The notes under the pieces: model-generated
Told to the model about the DNA's origin: nothing
The model's database searches: none
What the model saw: the letters and a program-made list of their open reading frames with translations, nothing else
Assembly: GCA_963769885.1 (NCBI GenBank)
Contig: CAVYNH010000007.1
Span: 500,163-564,162 of the forward strand
Length of the DNA: 64,000 nucleotides
Reading direction: 5' to 3'
Source of the DNA: Methanobacteriota archaeon
GTDB taxonomy: Archaea > Thermoplasmatota > E2 > DHVEG-1
Shown here: positions 29,930-40,475 of the stretch, piece by piece
Layout: each line of letters opens with the position of its first letter
Numbering within the stretch: the stretch's first letter is position 1
Translations under genes and position numbers: made by a program

Positions 29930-30964
29930 CTATGGACGGAGTCGGCCGAGGCGGATGTAGTCGATGGTTTTTTTGCCAGTCGCGGCGAAGATGAATTCTT
30001 TGTTGACGGTGTGGGCGAGGCGGACGGCTCTGCTGGTCTCGGCCCAGACGCTGGTGTAGGTGTCGGGGATGACGTGGATGAGGTATTCGGCGTGGGCTTT
30101 GTCTGGTGTGGTGCTGTAGGCGCGGAAGTCGGCGCCGAATTTGAAGCCGGTTTTGACGAGGAGGCCGCGGGTTTTGAGGTCTTGGTAGACGCGGAGTCGC
30201 CGGTCGATGTTGGGCTGGAGGGTGGTCATGGTTTTTTTGGCTTGTTGGTCGGTGAGATGATTGTGGTCTGGGGTAGTGAGTGTCAGGGCTCCGTGGGTGG
30301 CGAGGTAGAGGGCTTCGACGAGGGAGAGTTGCAGGCCGGTGCCGAAGGGTTTGCCGAAGAATTCGGTGTCTTGGAGGGTGGTGGCGGCGGTGGGGTCGAA
30401 GATGAGGACGCGGTCTTTGAGGAGGAGGCCAGCGGTGTGGGGGTAGGGGTGGGAGGGGGTGTGGCCGTGGAGGTCGGGGTGGGTGATGTCGTAGTAGGTG
30501 ATGTCGCCTTCTTCGTCGACGAGGGCGTACCAGAGTCTGCCGTGGTGGCGGGTGGTGGTGGTGAGGAGGGCGGTGGTCTGGGCAATGTCGAGGGCGTCGC
30601 GTTCGGAGAAGGCGATGATGCTGAGGGGGGCGGGGGTGGTTTGGGTGAAGGTGATGGGGGTGTCAGGGTTCCAGTGGATGTTGTGGCCGCGTGTTCTGAG
30701 GTCTTTGTAGGCGAGGTAGATGGTTTCGAAGTCGGGGATGGTGTGGGCGGCGTGGGTGACGAGGTCGGTGAAGGTGATGGGGGTGTGGTTGTGGTAGACG
30801 GTGAGTTTGTGTTCGTCGGTGAGGTAGGTGGCTTCGAGGAGGGTGAGGCTGAGGTCGCCGGTTTTGGTGCGGCGGCCGAGGTGGCTTTTGTCGTAGAAGC
30901 GGCCGATGGCGCGTGGTTTGCGGATGATGATGTGGGTGCCGATGAGGTCTCCGGTAGCGTCCAT
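29930..30964 (-). CDS. endA: tRNA-intron splicing endonuclease (two-unit alpha2 type)
   Basis: Two repeats of L.L.EA.YL...Y.DL..RG; catalytic unit KTGFKFGADFRAY, HAEY, VRLAHTVNK. Confidence 0.93.
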   Translation of the reverse strand: MDATGDLIGTHIIIRKPRAIGRFYDKSHLGRRTKTGDLSLTLLEATYLTDEHKLTVYHNHTPITFTDLVTHAAHTIPDFETIYLAYKDLRTRGHNIHWNPDTPITFTQTTPAPLSIIAFSERDALDIAQTTALLTTTTRHHGRLWYALVDEEGDITYYDITHPDLHGHTPSHPYPHTAGLLLKDRVLIFDPTAATTLQDTEFFGKPFGTGLQLSLVEALYLATHGALTLTTPDHNHLTDQQAKKTMTTLQPNIDRRLRVYQDLKTRGLLVKTGFKFGADFRAYSTTPDKAHAEYLIHVIPDTYTSVWAETSRAVRLAHTVNKEFIFAATGKKTIDYIRLGRLRP

Positions 30965-30990
30965 TGGGTGGGGTTTAGCAGGTTGGTTGT

Positions 30991-33085
30991 TTATTTGTTT
31001 TTTGTGTAGTAGTCGTTGATGCTGCGGGGGTGGGTGTCGGTGGGTGTGTGAGGTTCGGAGGCGGGTGGGGAAGCGGAGGCTGGTGGAGGAGCGGGGGTGG
31101 GTGGGGTGGTTGGTTTTGGTCTGGTGAGGAGGATGCCGAGGAGGAGGCCGATGCCGAGGCCGGCGAGGGTGCCGATGAGGGCGGCGATGAGGAAGAGCTG
31201 GAGGGTGGGTGTGAGGAGGGTGAGGGGGGTGGGGTGGATGTCGGGGATGCCGAGGTAGCGGGAGGAGGTGGCGGCGAGTGGGGTGGTGAATTGGAGGGCG
31301 CCGGCGATGAGGTCGCTGTATTTGTAGTAGACGATGGCGGTGTCTTGGCTGGATTCGTTTTGGAGGCTTTGGGCGTATTCGTAGTAGCTGACGGCCAGGT
31401 ACTGGTTCGATGCCGCGGTTGCGGCTTTCGGTGATGGCGGCGTTGGCGTGTCCTTGGGCGCGGGTGAGTTTGGCGGTGGTGAGGCCGTTGACGAGTTCGA
31501 TGGCGAGGTTGGCTTTGGTGAGGGCTTCGAAGCTGGCGAAGAGGGCGGCGGCGGAGTGGTTGTCTTGGTTTTCGGTCTGGGCGGTTTGCAGGTCGGTCTG
31601 GGCGTCTTGGAGGTAGGGGCTGGTTTGGCCCATTTCTTGCAGGAGGATTTGGGAGTAGGCGATGGCTTGTTGGGCGTCGTCGATGTATTCGGTGGCGAGC
31701 AGGGAGAGGTTTGTTTGGTTGATGGGTGTAGTGTCGTTGAAGCCGTGTTGGATGGTGAGCCACCAGTGGATGCTGTCGGTGCGTTGGCGGGCGAAGGCGA
31801 GGTTGTAGAGGCCGGTGATGACGTCGCCGTTGGTGAGGCTGGTGTTGGCGGCGTCGAGGTAGGTTTGGGCTTCGGTGGCGCGTTGTTGGGCGGCGCCGAT
31901 GCATTGGAGGCTGACGAGGCCGGTGATCTGGCTTGCGGCGAGGGTCGTGGTTTGGTTGCGGTAGTGGTGGAGGGTGTCTTGGGTGAGGCTGGTGAGGTAG
32001 GTGGTGTGGTTGGTGACTTGGTAGTAGTCGCAGGCGGTGGTGACGGTGGTGGCGTCGACGAGGGATTGGAAGGTTTTGCTCATGACGGTGTAGAAGCTGT
32101 TGTTGGTGTACCAGTCGCGGGCTTCGATGAGGCGCTCTTGGGCGTCGTTGAGGTAGTCGGTGATTTGGTTGCGGGTGTAGTCTGGCCAGCGGTTGGGGAT
32201 GGTGGTGGTGTTGAAGGCGTGGCTGGCGTTGTGGTAGGTCTGGTTGGTTTGGTTGAGGAGGAGGGAGGCGATGGGGCGCATGACAGCTTGGTAGTCGTCT
32301 GTGGTGATGCGGTTGTTGGAGGTGACGGCGGGGAAGCGCCAGCCGGTGAAGTATTGGAGGGCGTCGTTGATGTCTTCGGCTTCGGAGACGGTTATGCCGT
32401 AGGTGGTTTGGGCGTAGTCGGAGACGTTGCGGGTGACGGGGTGGGTGACGATCTGGGTCCAGCCGGGGCCGCTGACGGTCTCGGTGATGGTGTCGGTGTA
32501 GGTCATCTGGCCTTTGGGGATGATGAAGCGGGTGGCGCCGATGCTGTTGGCGGCGTCGATTTTTTGGGTGATGCCGCCGATGGGGCCGATGCTGCCGTCG
32601 GGGTCGATCATGCCGGTCATGACGGTTTTGTTGTCCAGCGTCCAGTTTTCGAGCAAGGCGATGGTGGCGACGGTCATGATGGCGCCGGCCGAAGGACCTC
32701 CTATGGTGGGGGCGGTGGTGCGGACGACGAAGAAGTAGTCGCAGGTGGCGGGGTCGAGGTGGGTGCGGTTGTCGTTTTTGACGAGGCCGGTGGCGACTTT
32801 GACGGCGAGTCGGGCGCTGCCTTGCATGTCGACGTCGGTGAGGGGGAGGGTGTCGACGAAGACGCGGCCGGTGCCGTGGGTCTGGATGGTGACGGTGATG
32901 GTGGAGATGACGCCTTGTTCGCCGGCGTCGGTCTGGGCGACGGCGGGGGCGAAGACGGTGACGTTTCGGTATTCGAGTGAGGCGGAGCCAGTGTACACGC
33001 GGCCGGGGCCGACGGTCGCGGCGATGGGTGCGGTGATGCTGCTGAGGATGAGGATGGCTGCGAGAAGGATGCTGCGGATGCTCAT
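30991..33085 (-). CDS. Secreted, membrane-anchored S16 (Lon-protease-domain) serine protease, +1 frameshift at about 31398
   Basis: GGPSAG, MTGMIDPDGSIGPIGG..K Ser-Lys dyad; removing one C from GTACCTGG gives IEPVLAVSYYEYA..., a C-terminal TM and a stop at 30991. Confidence 0.88.
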
Positions 33086-33395
33086 GGGCGTTCCCCGGTT
33101 TCGGGGTAATTCAGGGGACGGTATTAATAGTTTGCTTGGTTCCGGGGATATTTTAGGCGAGGGCTGTGGGAGTTCTGAAGGTGCCGGCGCTTAATTGGCT
33201 TTGGTGTCCTCAATAAGAGTCTGATGTTGAGAAACTGGAGTCAAGAAGTCTAGTTCGTTTGCGTTCATATTAGATTTTATTCGACTATTTGTTTCGATTA
33301 CAGAGTTTTTTTATTGGACTTAAGGTTTTCGAAATGTTGAAGAGAGCAAATTGTATAAATTATGTAAGTCTTTTTAATGAGGGAGGACGAAAGAG

Positions 33396-34955
33396 ATGAA
33401 GAACGCGAAAATATTTTTTGGAAAGGCCGGTGTTCTGCTCACTGTAGCAGTACTGACATTGACATCTATGGTCATTGTTCCTCTGAAAGCAACGCCACTG
33501 TTCGCGAATGATGTTGGAGTCTCTGCGATACACTCACCAACCACGGGACCTGTACAGACATATCCCGTACAAGTGACTGTCACGAACTATGGAACGAACC
33601 CCGAGAGAAATTTTTTTGTGGAGGTGACAATAGAGAAGATGGGAGGAAGCCCAGAATATGATCAGTCAATAGCCATCACCTCATGGCTAAACCCTGGGAA
33701 TTCCACGAATGTCGCCTTCCCTAGCTGGACGCCGGCAGATGGATTAGGTGAATACCAAGTCACAGCATGCACACAATTGGGTGGCGATCAAAATACAAGC
33801 AATGACTGTCTAACAGTAGTCTTCTATCTCGCTATCAATATTTTTGGATTCAACCACGTTCCTCTGGGTGCGGCAGCATTGAATATTGTCAACGGCACAC
33901 TCGTGGTTTCGAACATTGGGACAAGCGGCAATGATGGAGTCCAGGTTTTACTACCAATGGACATCGTCAGTTTCAGGCCCGAACTTGGATTTGAAAACCC
34001 GGCTCAGGTTGCATCTGTCAAATTGACAAGCAAAGGGATCGTCGACGGAGCACCAGGCCACGTCGCCACGGTCATCGGCCTAAATTTAACGAACGGAGGA
34101 AAGAATATCGCAATGACCTTTGACGCATCGGCACTGCAGCCGCAATACATCATGGCGGACTATTACCGCGATGGATCCCCAATGCCTATTAAAACAGAAA
34201 AAATACCAATAAGCCCGGGGTATACTCCAATGTGGCAAATCGCTCGTGAAGACGGCGCTGAGGACTTCATGGTCAAAGTCGAAGCGATACCTCGCGAAAC
34301 AGTGGCTATACACACAGACATTACTCAGCTGTCGAACAGCGGACCGTATTCTCAGTCATTATCAAATATCGACGACAATGGTATTTGCGGCGGGTCTGAT
34401 TTTAAGGGACACAAGGACAATGTTACGACCCCGAAAGGCAATGTAACCGAGGTCGACACCATCTGGTTCTATACCCAGAATTGTACCTTCCAACTTCAGA
34501 ACTATACCGGCCTATTCTTGACTGGGAAAGCGAACAGTCCGACCCCGATATCACTGACCGTGGCGGATGAGAAGGCGGTGACCACTCAGACCAGAGTCAC
34601 CACTCCAGAGATGACGGGCCCGATGAGCGGTAAGATATTCAAGAAATGCGATTACAACGTCAGCGCCATAGACCCCCAGGGGGGCGTCGTCTACTACTGG
34701 GTCTACTGGGGCTGTGACGAGTCTGTCGGCTGGCTAGGGCCGTACAACTCCAGTGCAACCGCAAAGGTGAGCTTCACCTGGACCCACAAGAACCACTATG
34801 TCATCGGGGCGCTGGCGAAAAACATCGACGGGTTCGACAGCGGCTGGAAAGCACTGACAATCGCGATGCCCTACGAGCCTCCTCACTGGTTCCTGCAGTT
34901 CCTCCAAAATCATCCGCACGCGTTCCCGATACTGCAACACCTACTCAGACTCTAG
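33396..34955 (+). CDS. Secreted CARDB/Ig-like plus PKD-like protein with amphipathic C-terminal motif
   Basis: Signal peptide, NDVGVSAI..P, V.NYG, DQNTSND, WLGPYNS, MPYEPP...HPHAFPIL. Confidence 0.85.
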   Translation: MKNAKIFFGKAGVLLTVAVLTLTSMVIVPLKATPLFANDVGVSAIHSPTTGPVQTYPVQVTVTNYGTNPERNFFVEVTIEKMGGSPEYDQSIAITSWLNPGNSTNVAFPSWTPADGLGEYQVTACTQLGGDQNTSNDCLTVVFYLAINIFGFNHVPLGAAALNIVNGTLVVSNIGTSGNDGVQVLLPMDIVSFRPELGFENPAQVASVKLTSKGIVDGAPGHVATVIGLNLTNGGKNIAMTFDASALQPQYIMADYYRDGSPMPIKTEKIPISPGYTPMWQIAREDGAEDFMVKVEAIPRETVAIHTDITQLSNSGPYSQSLSNIDDNGICGGSDFKGHKDNVTTPKGNVTEVDTIWFYTQNCTFQLQNYTGLFLTGKANSPTPISLTVADEKAVTTQTRVTTPEMTGPMSGKIFKKCDYNVSAIDPQGGVVYYWVYWGCDESVGWLGPYNSSATAKVSFTWTHKNHYVIGALAKNIDGFDSGWKALTIAMPYEPPHWFLQFLQNHPHAFPILQHLLRL

Positions 34956-35063
34956 TACCTCCCCCTCTTCTTTTTTTCTTTCTTTTCTATAATGAGCCTG
35001 GCTCATAATCGTTAAATATCATCAGAGAAATACTTGGCAAGCAAAGGACGGAGTGAGAAGAAG

Positions 35064-35732
35064 ATGAAGCACCACGAACAATCCATTGGAGCCGTATTCG
35101 CTGTCCTCATCATGATGGTGGGATTGACAGGATGTACACAACAGAATACTCAGAATCAAGTTCCTCCCACGAAGGAATCGGTCCAGGCGATCCTGTCCAA
35201 GGCTGAGACGATCGAGAGTATGTCGTACAATATCAACGGCTCCTTGAATCTCACGTCCTACGTCACCGAAGTCCTGGGTATGAAGGTCTGGCACAAGAAT
35301 CCGTACTTGAAAGAGAACATAACCGTTTACCCACTCGGGATCCCTATTACGACCACGATTATCCAACGGCCCGAAGGGACGTATATCTATAATAATAATA
35401 CAGGCAAGTATGAGCTTAACTCGAGCATCCCCTCGTTTGTTACCGCGTTCAAATACATCGACCCCGTAATGATCAAGGACTTACTGAACAACCAGACCAT
35501 CACGCACTTCGACACAGCGGTTCTCGACGGCAAGCAAACCACCGTGCTCAACTATACAGTGCCCTTGCAGGGCAACTACAGCATCAAAGTCATCGTATGG
35601 ATCTGGAACGACATGGGCATCCCCCTGAAAGCACTGCTTGAGATGAACACGATAATCAAGATGAACATTGACATCAGGTTCACCAACTACTCCTTCGCCA
35701 GCATCCCTGACAGCGAGTTTGACGTCACCTGA
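35064..35732 (+). CDS. Lipoprotein, LolA-like fold suspected
   Basis: Lipobox LTGC; KVW.K, LDGK...V, WIW...GIPLK, YSF..IPDSEF. Confidence 0.75.
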   Translation: MKHHEQSIGAVFAVLIMMVGLTGCTQQNTQNQVPPTKESVQAILSKAETIESMSYNINGSLNLTSYVTEVLGMKVWHKNPYLKENITVYPLGIPITTTIIQRPEGTYIYNNNTGKYELNSSIPSFVTAFKYIDPVMIKDLLNNQTITHFDTAVLDGKQTTVLNYTVPLQGNYSIKVIVWIWNDMGIPLKALLEMNTIIKMNIDIRFTNYSFASIPDSEFDVT

Positions 35733-35889
35733 GGAACACCCGATCCTGACTCCTCTTTTATTAGGAGGGTTTCATCCTCGAAACATCCATAATAATTAAG
35801 TAGAACTACCCGATACCATCCACTGTCTCACCCAGAAGAACCCCTCCTTATCCCACCCTGAAAGACCGGTGCCGACAAGGGAGGGGCAG

Positions 35890-37728
35890 ATGGAGGCACA
35901 ACTTCCTATGGTACAACTCCACGAACTCGTCCTCCGCGATGGCCACCAGTCACTCCTCGCGACCCGTATGCGCACCGAAGACATGTTGCCAATCGCAGAA
36001 AAACTCGACTCAGTCGGCTTCTTCAGCCTCGAAGTCTGGGGCGGCGCCACCTACGACGTCTGCATCCGCTACCTCAACCAAGACCCCTGGGACCGCCTCC
36101 GAGCACTCAAAAAAGCCATGCCCAACACCCCACTACAGATGCTCGAACGCGCCATGAACATCGTCGCCTACTGGAACTTCCCCGACGACACCGTCAAAAA
36201 ATTCATCTACTTCGCCAAAAAGAACGGCTGCGACTACTTCCGCATCTTCGACGCCCTCAACGACCTGCGCAACATGAAAACACCCATGCAGGCCGTCAAA
36301 GACAACGGCGCCCACGTCCAAGCCTGCCTCAGCTACACCATCAGCCCCATCCACACCGTCGACTACTTCGTCGACAAATTCCACACCCTCGTCAAGATGG
36401 GCGCCGACTCCCTCTGCATCAAGGACATGGCCGGCATGATCTCCCCGAAACGAGCCTACGACATCATCAAAGGCTGCAAGGACTCCGGCATCACCCTGCC
36501 GATGGACCTCCACACCCACTGCACCAGCGGCATGACCGGCATGGCCTACCAACGCGCGGCCGAGGCCGGCGTCGACATCCTCGACACCTCCATCTCCCCA
36601 ATCTCCGGGGGCACCGCCGCGCCCGCCACCGAAAGCATCGTCGCCGCCTTCCAAGGCACCCAGTGGGACACCAACTACGATTTACCACTCCTCATCGACT
36701 GCCGCACCTACTTCCTCAAAGTCTGGGAGAAGTACCGCCACCTCCATCGCTTCGACGCCCTCAAAGTCGACCCCTCCGTCACCCTCCACCAAGTCCCCGG
36801 CGGCATGCTCAGCAACCTCATCTTCCAGCTCGAAGAACAAGGCGCCCGCGACAAATACCGCGAAATCCTCGCCGAGACCGCACGAGTCCGCGAAGAACTC
36901 GGCTACCCGCCCCTCGTCACCCCCACCAGCCAGGTCGTCGGCGTCCAAGCCGTCATGAACGTCCTCCACGGCCGCTACAAGGTCATCACCAAAGAGACCA
37001 AGGACTACTGCCGCGGCATGTACGGCCAGCCCCCCGCCCCCATCAAAGCCGAGATCATGAAACTCGTCCTCGGCCCCAAATGGAAAGACGAGATCATCGA
37101 CAAACGACCCTCCGACCTCCTCGAACCCCTCTGGGACAAGAAGAAGAAAGAGCTGCAGGAGATCGACGGCGGCGCCCTCATCAAAAAAGAAGAGGACGTC
37201 ATGACCTACATCCTCTACCCCCAGGTCGCCTTGAAGTTCCTGCGCGGCCAGGCCGTCCCCGAGTTCACCTCCGAGCAACTCCCACTCCCCATCGACCACG
37301 CCTTGACTCGCGGCATGGTCAAACAATCCTTCCCAGAAATCAAGCAGCTCTGGCTGGAGACGCTCCCGCCGGAGCAGCGCAGCGGGCCCGCGCAGATCCC
37401 CACCGAGTTCCAAGTCGAGGTCAACGGCGAGCCCTTCGAAGTCAAGGTCGTCCCCAGCGGCGGCTTCATGGTCGCCGGCGCCGGCGCCGCAACCCCGCAG
37501 AAACCCAAAGACGTCGAGGGCGGCGTGAAATCCAGCCTCCAAGGCACCATCCTCAAGGTCAAGGTCAAGAAAGGGGACACGGTCAAGAAAGGCGACGTCA
37601 TCGCCACCATCGAAGCCATGAAGATGGAACAAGAACTCAAGACTGACCGCGACGGCGAAGTCAAAGACATCTACATCAAGGAAGGCGGCCCTGTCTCGAC
37701 CGGCGACCTCCTCATGCAGATCCTCTAA
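35890..37728 (+). CDS. pycB: Pyruvate carboxylase subunit B (carboxyltransferase plus biotin carrier)
   Basis: LRDGHQSLLATRM, EVWGGAT, IKDMAG, HTHCT, QVPGGM, VTPTSQ, EAMKM. Confidence 0.93.
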   Translation: MEAQLPMVQLHELVLRDGHQSLLATRMRTEDMLPIAEKLDSVGFFSLEVWGGATYDVCIRYLNQDPWDRLRALKKAMPNTPLQMLERAMNIVAYWNFPDDTVKKFIYFAKKNGCDYFRIFDALNDLRNMKTPMQAVKDNGAHVQACLSYTISPIHTVDYFVDKFHTLVKMGADSLCIKDMAGMISPKRAYDIIKGCKDSGITLPMDLHTHCTSGMTGMAYQRAAEAGVDILDTSISPISGGTAAPATESIVAAFQGTQWDTNYDLPLLIDCRTYFLKVWEKYRHLHRFDALKVDPSVTLHQVPGGMLSNLIFQLEEQGARDKYREILAETARVREELGYPPLVTPTSQVVGVQAVMNVLHGRYKVITKETKDYCRGMYGQPPAPIKAEIMKLVLGPKWKDEIIDKRPSDLLEPLWDKKKKELQEIDGGALIKKEEDVMTYILYPQVALKFLRGQAVPEFTSEQLPLPIDHALTRGMVKQSFPEIKQLWLETLPPEQRSGPAQIPTEFQVEVNGEPFEVKVVPSGGFMVAGAGAATPQKPKDVEGGVKSSLQGTILKVKVKKGDTVKKGDVIATIEAMKMEQELKTDRDGEVKDIYIKEGGPVSTGDLLMQIL

Positions 37729-37741
37729 AGGTGATTTAGGA

Positions 37742-39208
37742 ATGCTCAACAAAGTCCTCATCGCCAACCGCGGCGAGATCGCCATCCGCATCATGCGCGC
37801 CTGTAAAGAGTTCGGCATCCCCACCGTCGCTGTCTACTCGGACGCGGACGTCCAGGCGCTCTTCGTCAAATACGCGGACGAGAAATACAACATCGGCCCC
37901 GGCCCCGCCAGCCAAAGCTACCTGCAGAAACAAAAAATCATCGACGTCGCCTTAAAGTGCGGCGCGGAGGGCATCCACCCGGGGTACGGGTTCCTCGCTG
38001 AGAACCATGAGTTCGCGGCAATGTGCAAAAAGAACGGCATCGAGTTCATCGGCCCGCCCGTCCATGCCATGGAGCTGATGGGCTCCAAGATCGACTCGAA
38101 GAAATCCATGATTAAGGCCGGGGTCCACGTCGTCCCCGGCGTCACCGAGGCCATCGCGGACCACGAACGCGCCAAAGACATCGCCCACGAGATCGGATAC
38201 CCCGTCATGCTCAAGGCCTCCTCTGGGGGCGGCGGCATCGGCATCGTCAAAGTCGAGGACGAGACACAGATGGAAAAGGCACTCAGCACCGTCCGAACGC
38301 TGGCGAAGAACTCGTTCGGCGACGACGCGGTGTTCATCGAGAAATTCATCGACACCCCCCGCCACATCGAATTCCAGGTCATCGGCGACAAAAAAGGCCA
38401 TCTCATCCACTGCTTCGAACGAGAATGCAGCGTCCAGCGGCGGAACCAGAAGCTCATCGAAGAGACGCCGTCGTGCGCCCTGACCTCGGAGCTGCGCAAA
38501 GAAATCGGAGATCAGGCCGTCCTGGCCGCGAAGACCGCCGGGTACTACAACGCCGGCACCTGCGAGTTCATGTTCCGCAAAGGCGAGTATTTCTTCCTGG
38601 AAATGAACACCCGTCTCCAGGTCGAACATCCGATCACCGAACAGATCACCGGCATCGACCTCGCCAGAGAACAGCTCCGGGTCGCCTCCGGCCTCGAACT
38701 CGAATACAACCAGGAAGACGTGAAAGCCCGCGGGCACGCGATCGAATGCCGTATCAACGCCGAGGACCCCCTGAACAACTTCTGCCCGGCCCCCGGGAAG
38801 ATCTTCCGGTACGCTGAGCCGAGCGGACCAGGCATCCGCATTGACTCCGGGGTGTATCAAGGCTTCACGATTCCTCCCTTCTATGATTCCCTGATTGCCA
38901 AGCTAATCGTCTGGGCGGAGGACCGCCCCCGCGCGATCAACCGGATGAAACGCGCGCTGTGGGAGTTCCAGATCGGCGGCGTGCGGCACAACATCCCCTT
39001 CCATCAAGTCGTCATGGATCACCCCGCCTGGCAGGCGGGGGATTACAACACCAGTTTCATCCCGAAATATAACATCTTGGAGCAAGTCGTCAAGACTGTT
39101 CAGGAGACGAAAGTCCCGTCGCAGACGCCGAAGGCAGCGGCAGCGATGGCCGCGGTGCAAGCGGTGATGATGGCGGCGAACAGTCAGCATCCAAAACCAC
39201 CAGCATAG
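37742..39208 (+). CDS. pycA: Biotin carboxylase, pyruvate carboxylase subunit A
   Basis: ANRGEIA, HPGYGFLAEN, GGGG.G, ERECSVQRR, EMNTRLQVEH, RINAEDP. Confidence 0.93.
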   Translation: MLNKVLIANRGEIAIRIMRACKEFGIPTVAVYSDADVQALFVKYADEKYNIGPGPASQSYLQKQKIIDVALKCGAEGIHPGYGFLAENHEFAAMCKKNGIEFIGPPVHAMELMGSKIDSKKSMIKAGVHVVPGVTEAIADHERAKDIAHEIGYPVMLKASSGGGGIGIVKVEDETQMEKALSTVRTLAKNSFGDDAVFIEKFIDTPRHIEFQVIGDKKGHLIHCFERECSVQRRNQKLIEETPSCALTSELRKEIGDQAVLAAKTAGYYNAGTCEFMFRKGEYFFLEMNTRLQVEHPITEQITGIDLAREQLRVASGLELEYNQEDVKARGHAIECRINAEDPLNNFCPAPGKIFRYAEPSGPGIRIDSGVYQGFTIPPFYDSLIAKLIVWAEDRPRAINRMKRALWEFQIGGVRHNIPFHQVVMDHPAWQAGDYNTSFIPKYNILEQVVKTVQETKVPSQTPKAAAAMAAVQAVMMAANSQHPKPPA

Positions 39209-39213
39209 TTCTC

Positions 39214-39999
39214 ATGGTTATGCCAACGGCCTCAGGTCCCGTGGACATCAGCGCTGAGTTCGCCTCCGGCTGCATCACACAAGTGCTGCAATATGAAAAG
39301 CTTGGGTCGACGAATCAAGAGGCGCTGCGGCTCGCCAGGGAGCAAGCACCGTCGGGCACCGTGGTGCTCGCACGCCGGCAGACCCATGGCCGTGGTCGGC
39401 TGAACCGAACCTGGGAGTCGCCGGAGGGCGGCCTGTATTTTTCGCTGCTGCTTCGCCCTCCCTCATCCGCGCCCTTGTCTCTGCTGCCGTTGACGGCGGC
39501 CGTGGCGGTCGCCTCTGCCCTAGAGGACTATGGGGTTCCAGCGCGGATCCGGTGGCCGAACGACGTCCTCGTCGCGGGGAAGAAGGCGGCGGGGATCCTG
39601 CTTGAGCTGGACCAATCGCTAGCTGAGACCGTAGTCGTTGTCGGCGTCGGGGTGAACCTGAACGTCGACCTCGCCTCGCTGTCCGCAGGGATCCGTGGGC
39701 AGGCCGTATCACTGGAGGAGTACTGCGGGCATCGGTTCGACTTGCATGAGGTGTTGGGCGTGATCCTGCGGCGGTTCTCGGAGTACTATGGGTGGTTCTG
39801 TGCGGGGCAGGCGCAGCGGCTGCGCACCTTGTGGCTGGAAAAGTCGGATACGGTGGGGCAGCGTGTCCGGGTGCGGACGCCGCAAGGGCCGGTGGAGGGC
39901 GAGGCGGTGGACATCGACGCGGAGGGGTTCCTGCGGATCAGGCTGGCTGATGGGAGTATTCAGACGGTGACCGCAGGGGACTGCCTTTACTTGCGATAA
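39214..39999 (+). CDS. birA: Biotin-protein ligase
   Basis: STN, QTHGRGR..R.W.SP, WPNDV, K.AGIL, GVGVN. Confidence 0.93.
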   Translation: MVMPTASGPVDISAEFASGCITQVLQYEKLGSTNQEALRLAREQAPSGTVVLARRQTHGRGRLNRTWESPEGGLYFSLLLRPPSSAPLSLLPLTAAVAVASALEDYGVPARIRWPNDVLVAGKKAAGILLELDQSLAETVVVVGVGVNLNVDLASLSAGIRGQAVSLEEYCGHRFDLHEVLGVILRRFSEYYGWFCAGQAQRLRTLWLEKSDTVGQRVRVRTPQGPVEGEAVDIDAEGFLRIRLADGSIQTVTAGDCLYLR

Positions 40000-40009
40000 A
40001 ACATGCTGG

Positions 40010-40357
40010 TTAGGTCATGCCCCATTGGAAGGTGGGCGGGGTGCCGATGGTGATGTAGACGACCTTGTCGGGGCTGGTGTTCTTGGCGCGGTGGCTGAGG
40101 GTGGAGTCGTGCCAGAGGATGTCGCCTTCCGTGAGGTTGTAGGTTTTTTCGCCGACGGTGTACTCGAGTTGGCCTTGGAGGATGAGGTGGAGTTCTTCGC
40201 CGTCGTGTTTGAATTCTCGGGACTCGGCGTGGGGCTCGATTTCGGTGATGATGGCTTCCATATGGGGGGATTTGACCATGAGTCGGTAGAGTTTCCCAGG
40301 GCGTTTGAGCCTACTTTTATCGTCTCCTTTTTTGATGAATGCGACGTTTTCCGTCAT
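40010..40357 (-). CDS. Cupin domain protein
   Basis: HDGEE...L.G....VG...Y.L.EGD....S...H. Confidence 0.88.
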   Translation of the reverse strand: MTENVAFIKKGDDKSRLKRPGKLYRLMVKSPHMEAIITEIEPHAESREFKHDGEELHLILQGQLEYTVGEKTYNLTEGDILWHDSTLSHRAKNTSPDKVVYITIGTPPTFQWGMT

Positions 40358-40475
40358 AGCCTCTCCGATGCTTGGGTAGGTGTGGTGCCTTAATTAACCT
40401 TCCCGAAAACCGAGGGTGCCCCAAGGAAAATATTTATAAGAAGGTGCGTAATAGAACTACTAAAGGGGAGTTTAT

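Noticed and set aside
29930-33085. Apparent 1051-aa fusion of S16 protease and tRNA splicing endonuclease
   Set aside because: The linker is His/Pro/Arg off-frame text created by a +1 frameshift at about 31398; correcting it gives two normal genes (stop at 30991, endA ATG at 30964).
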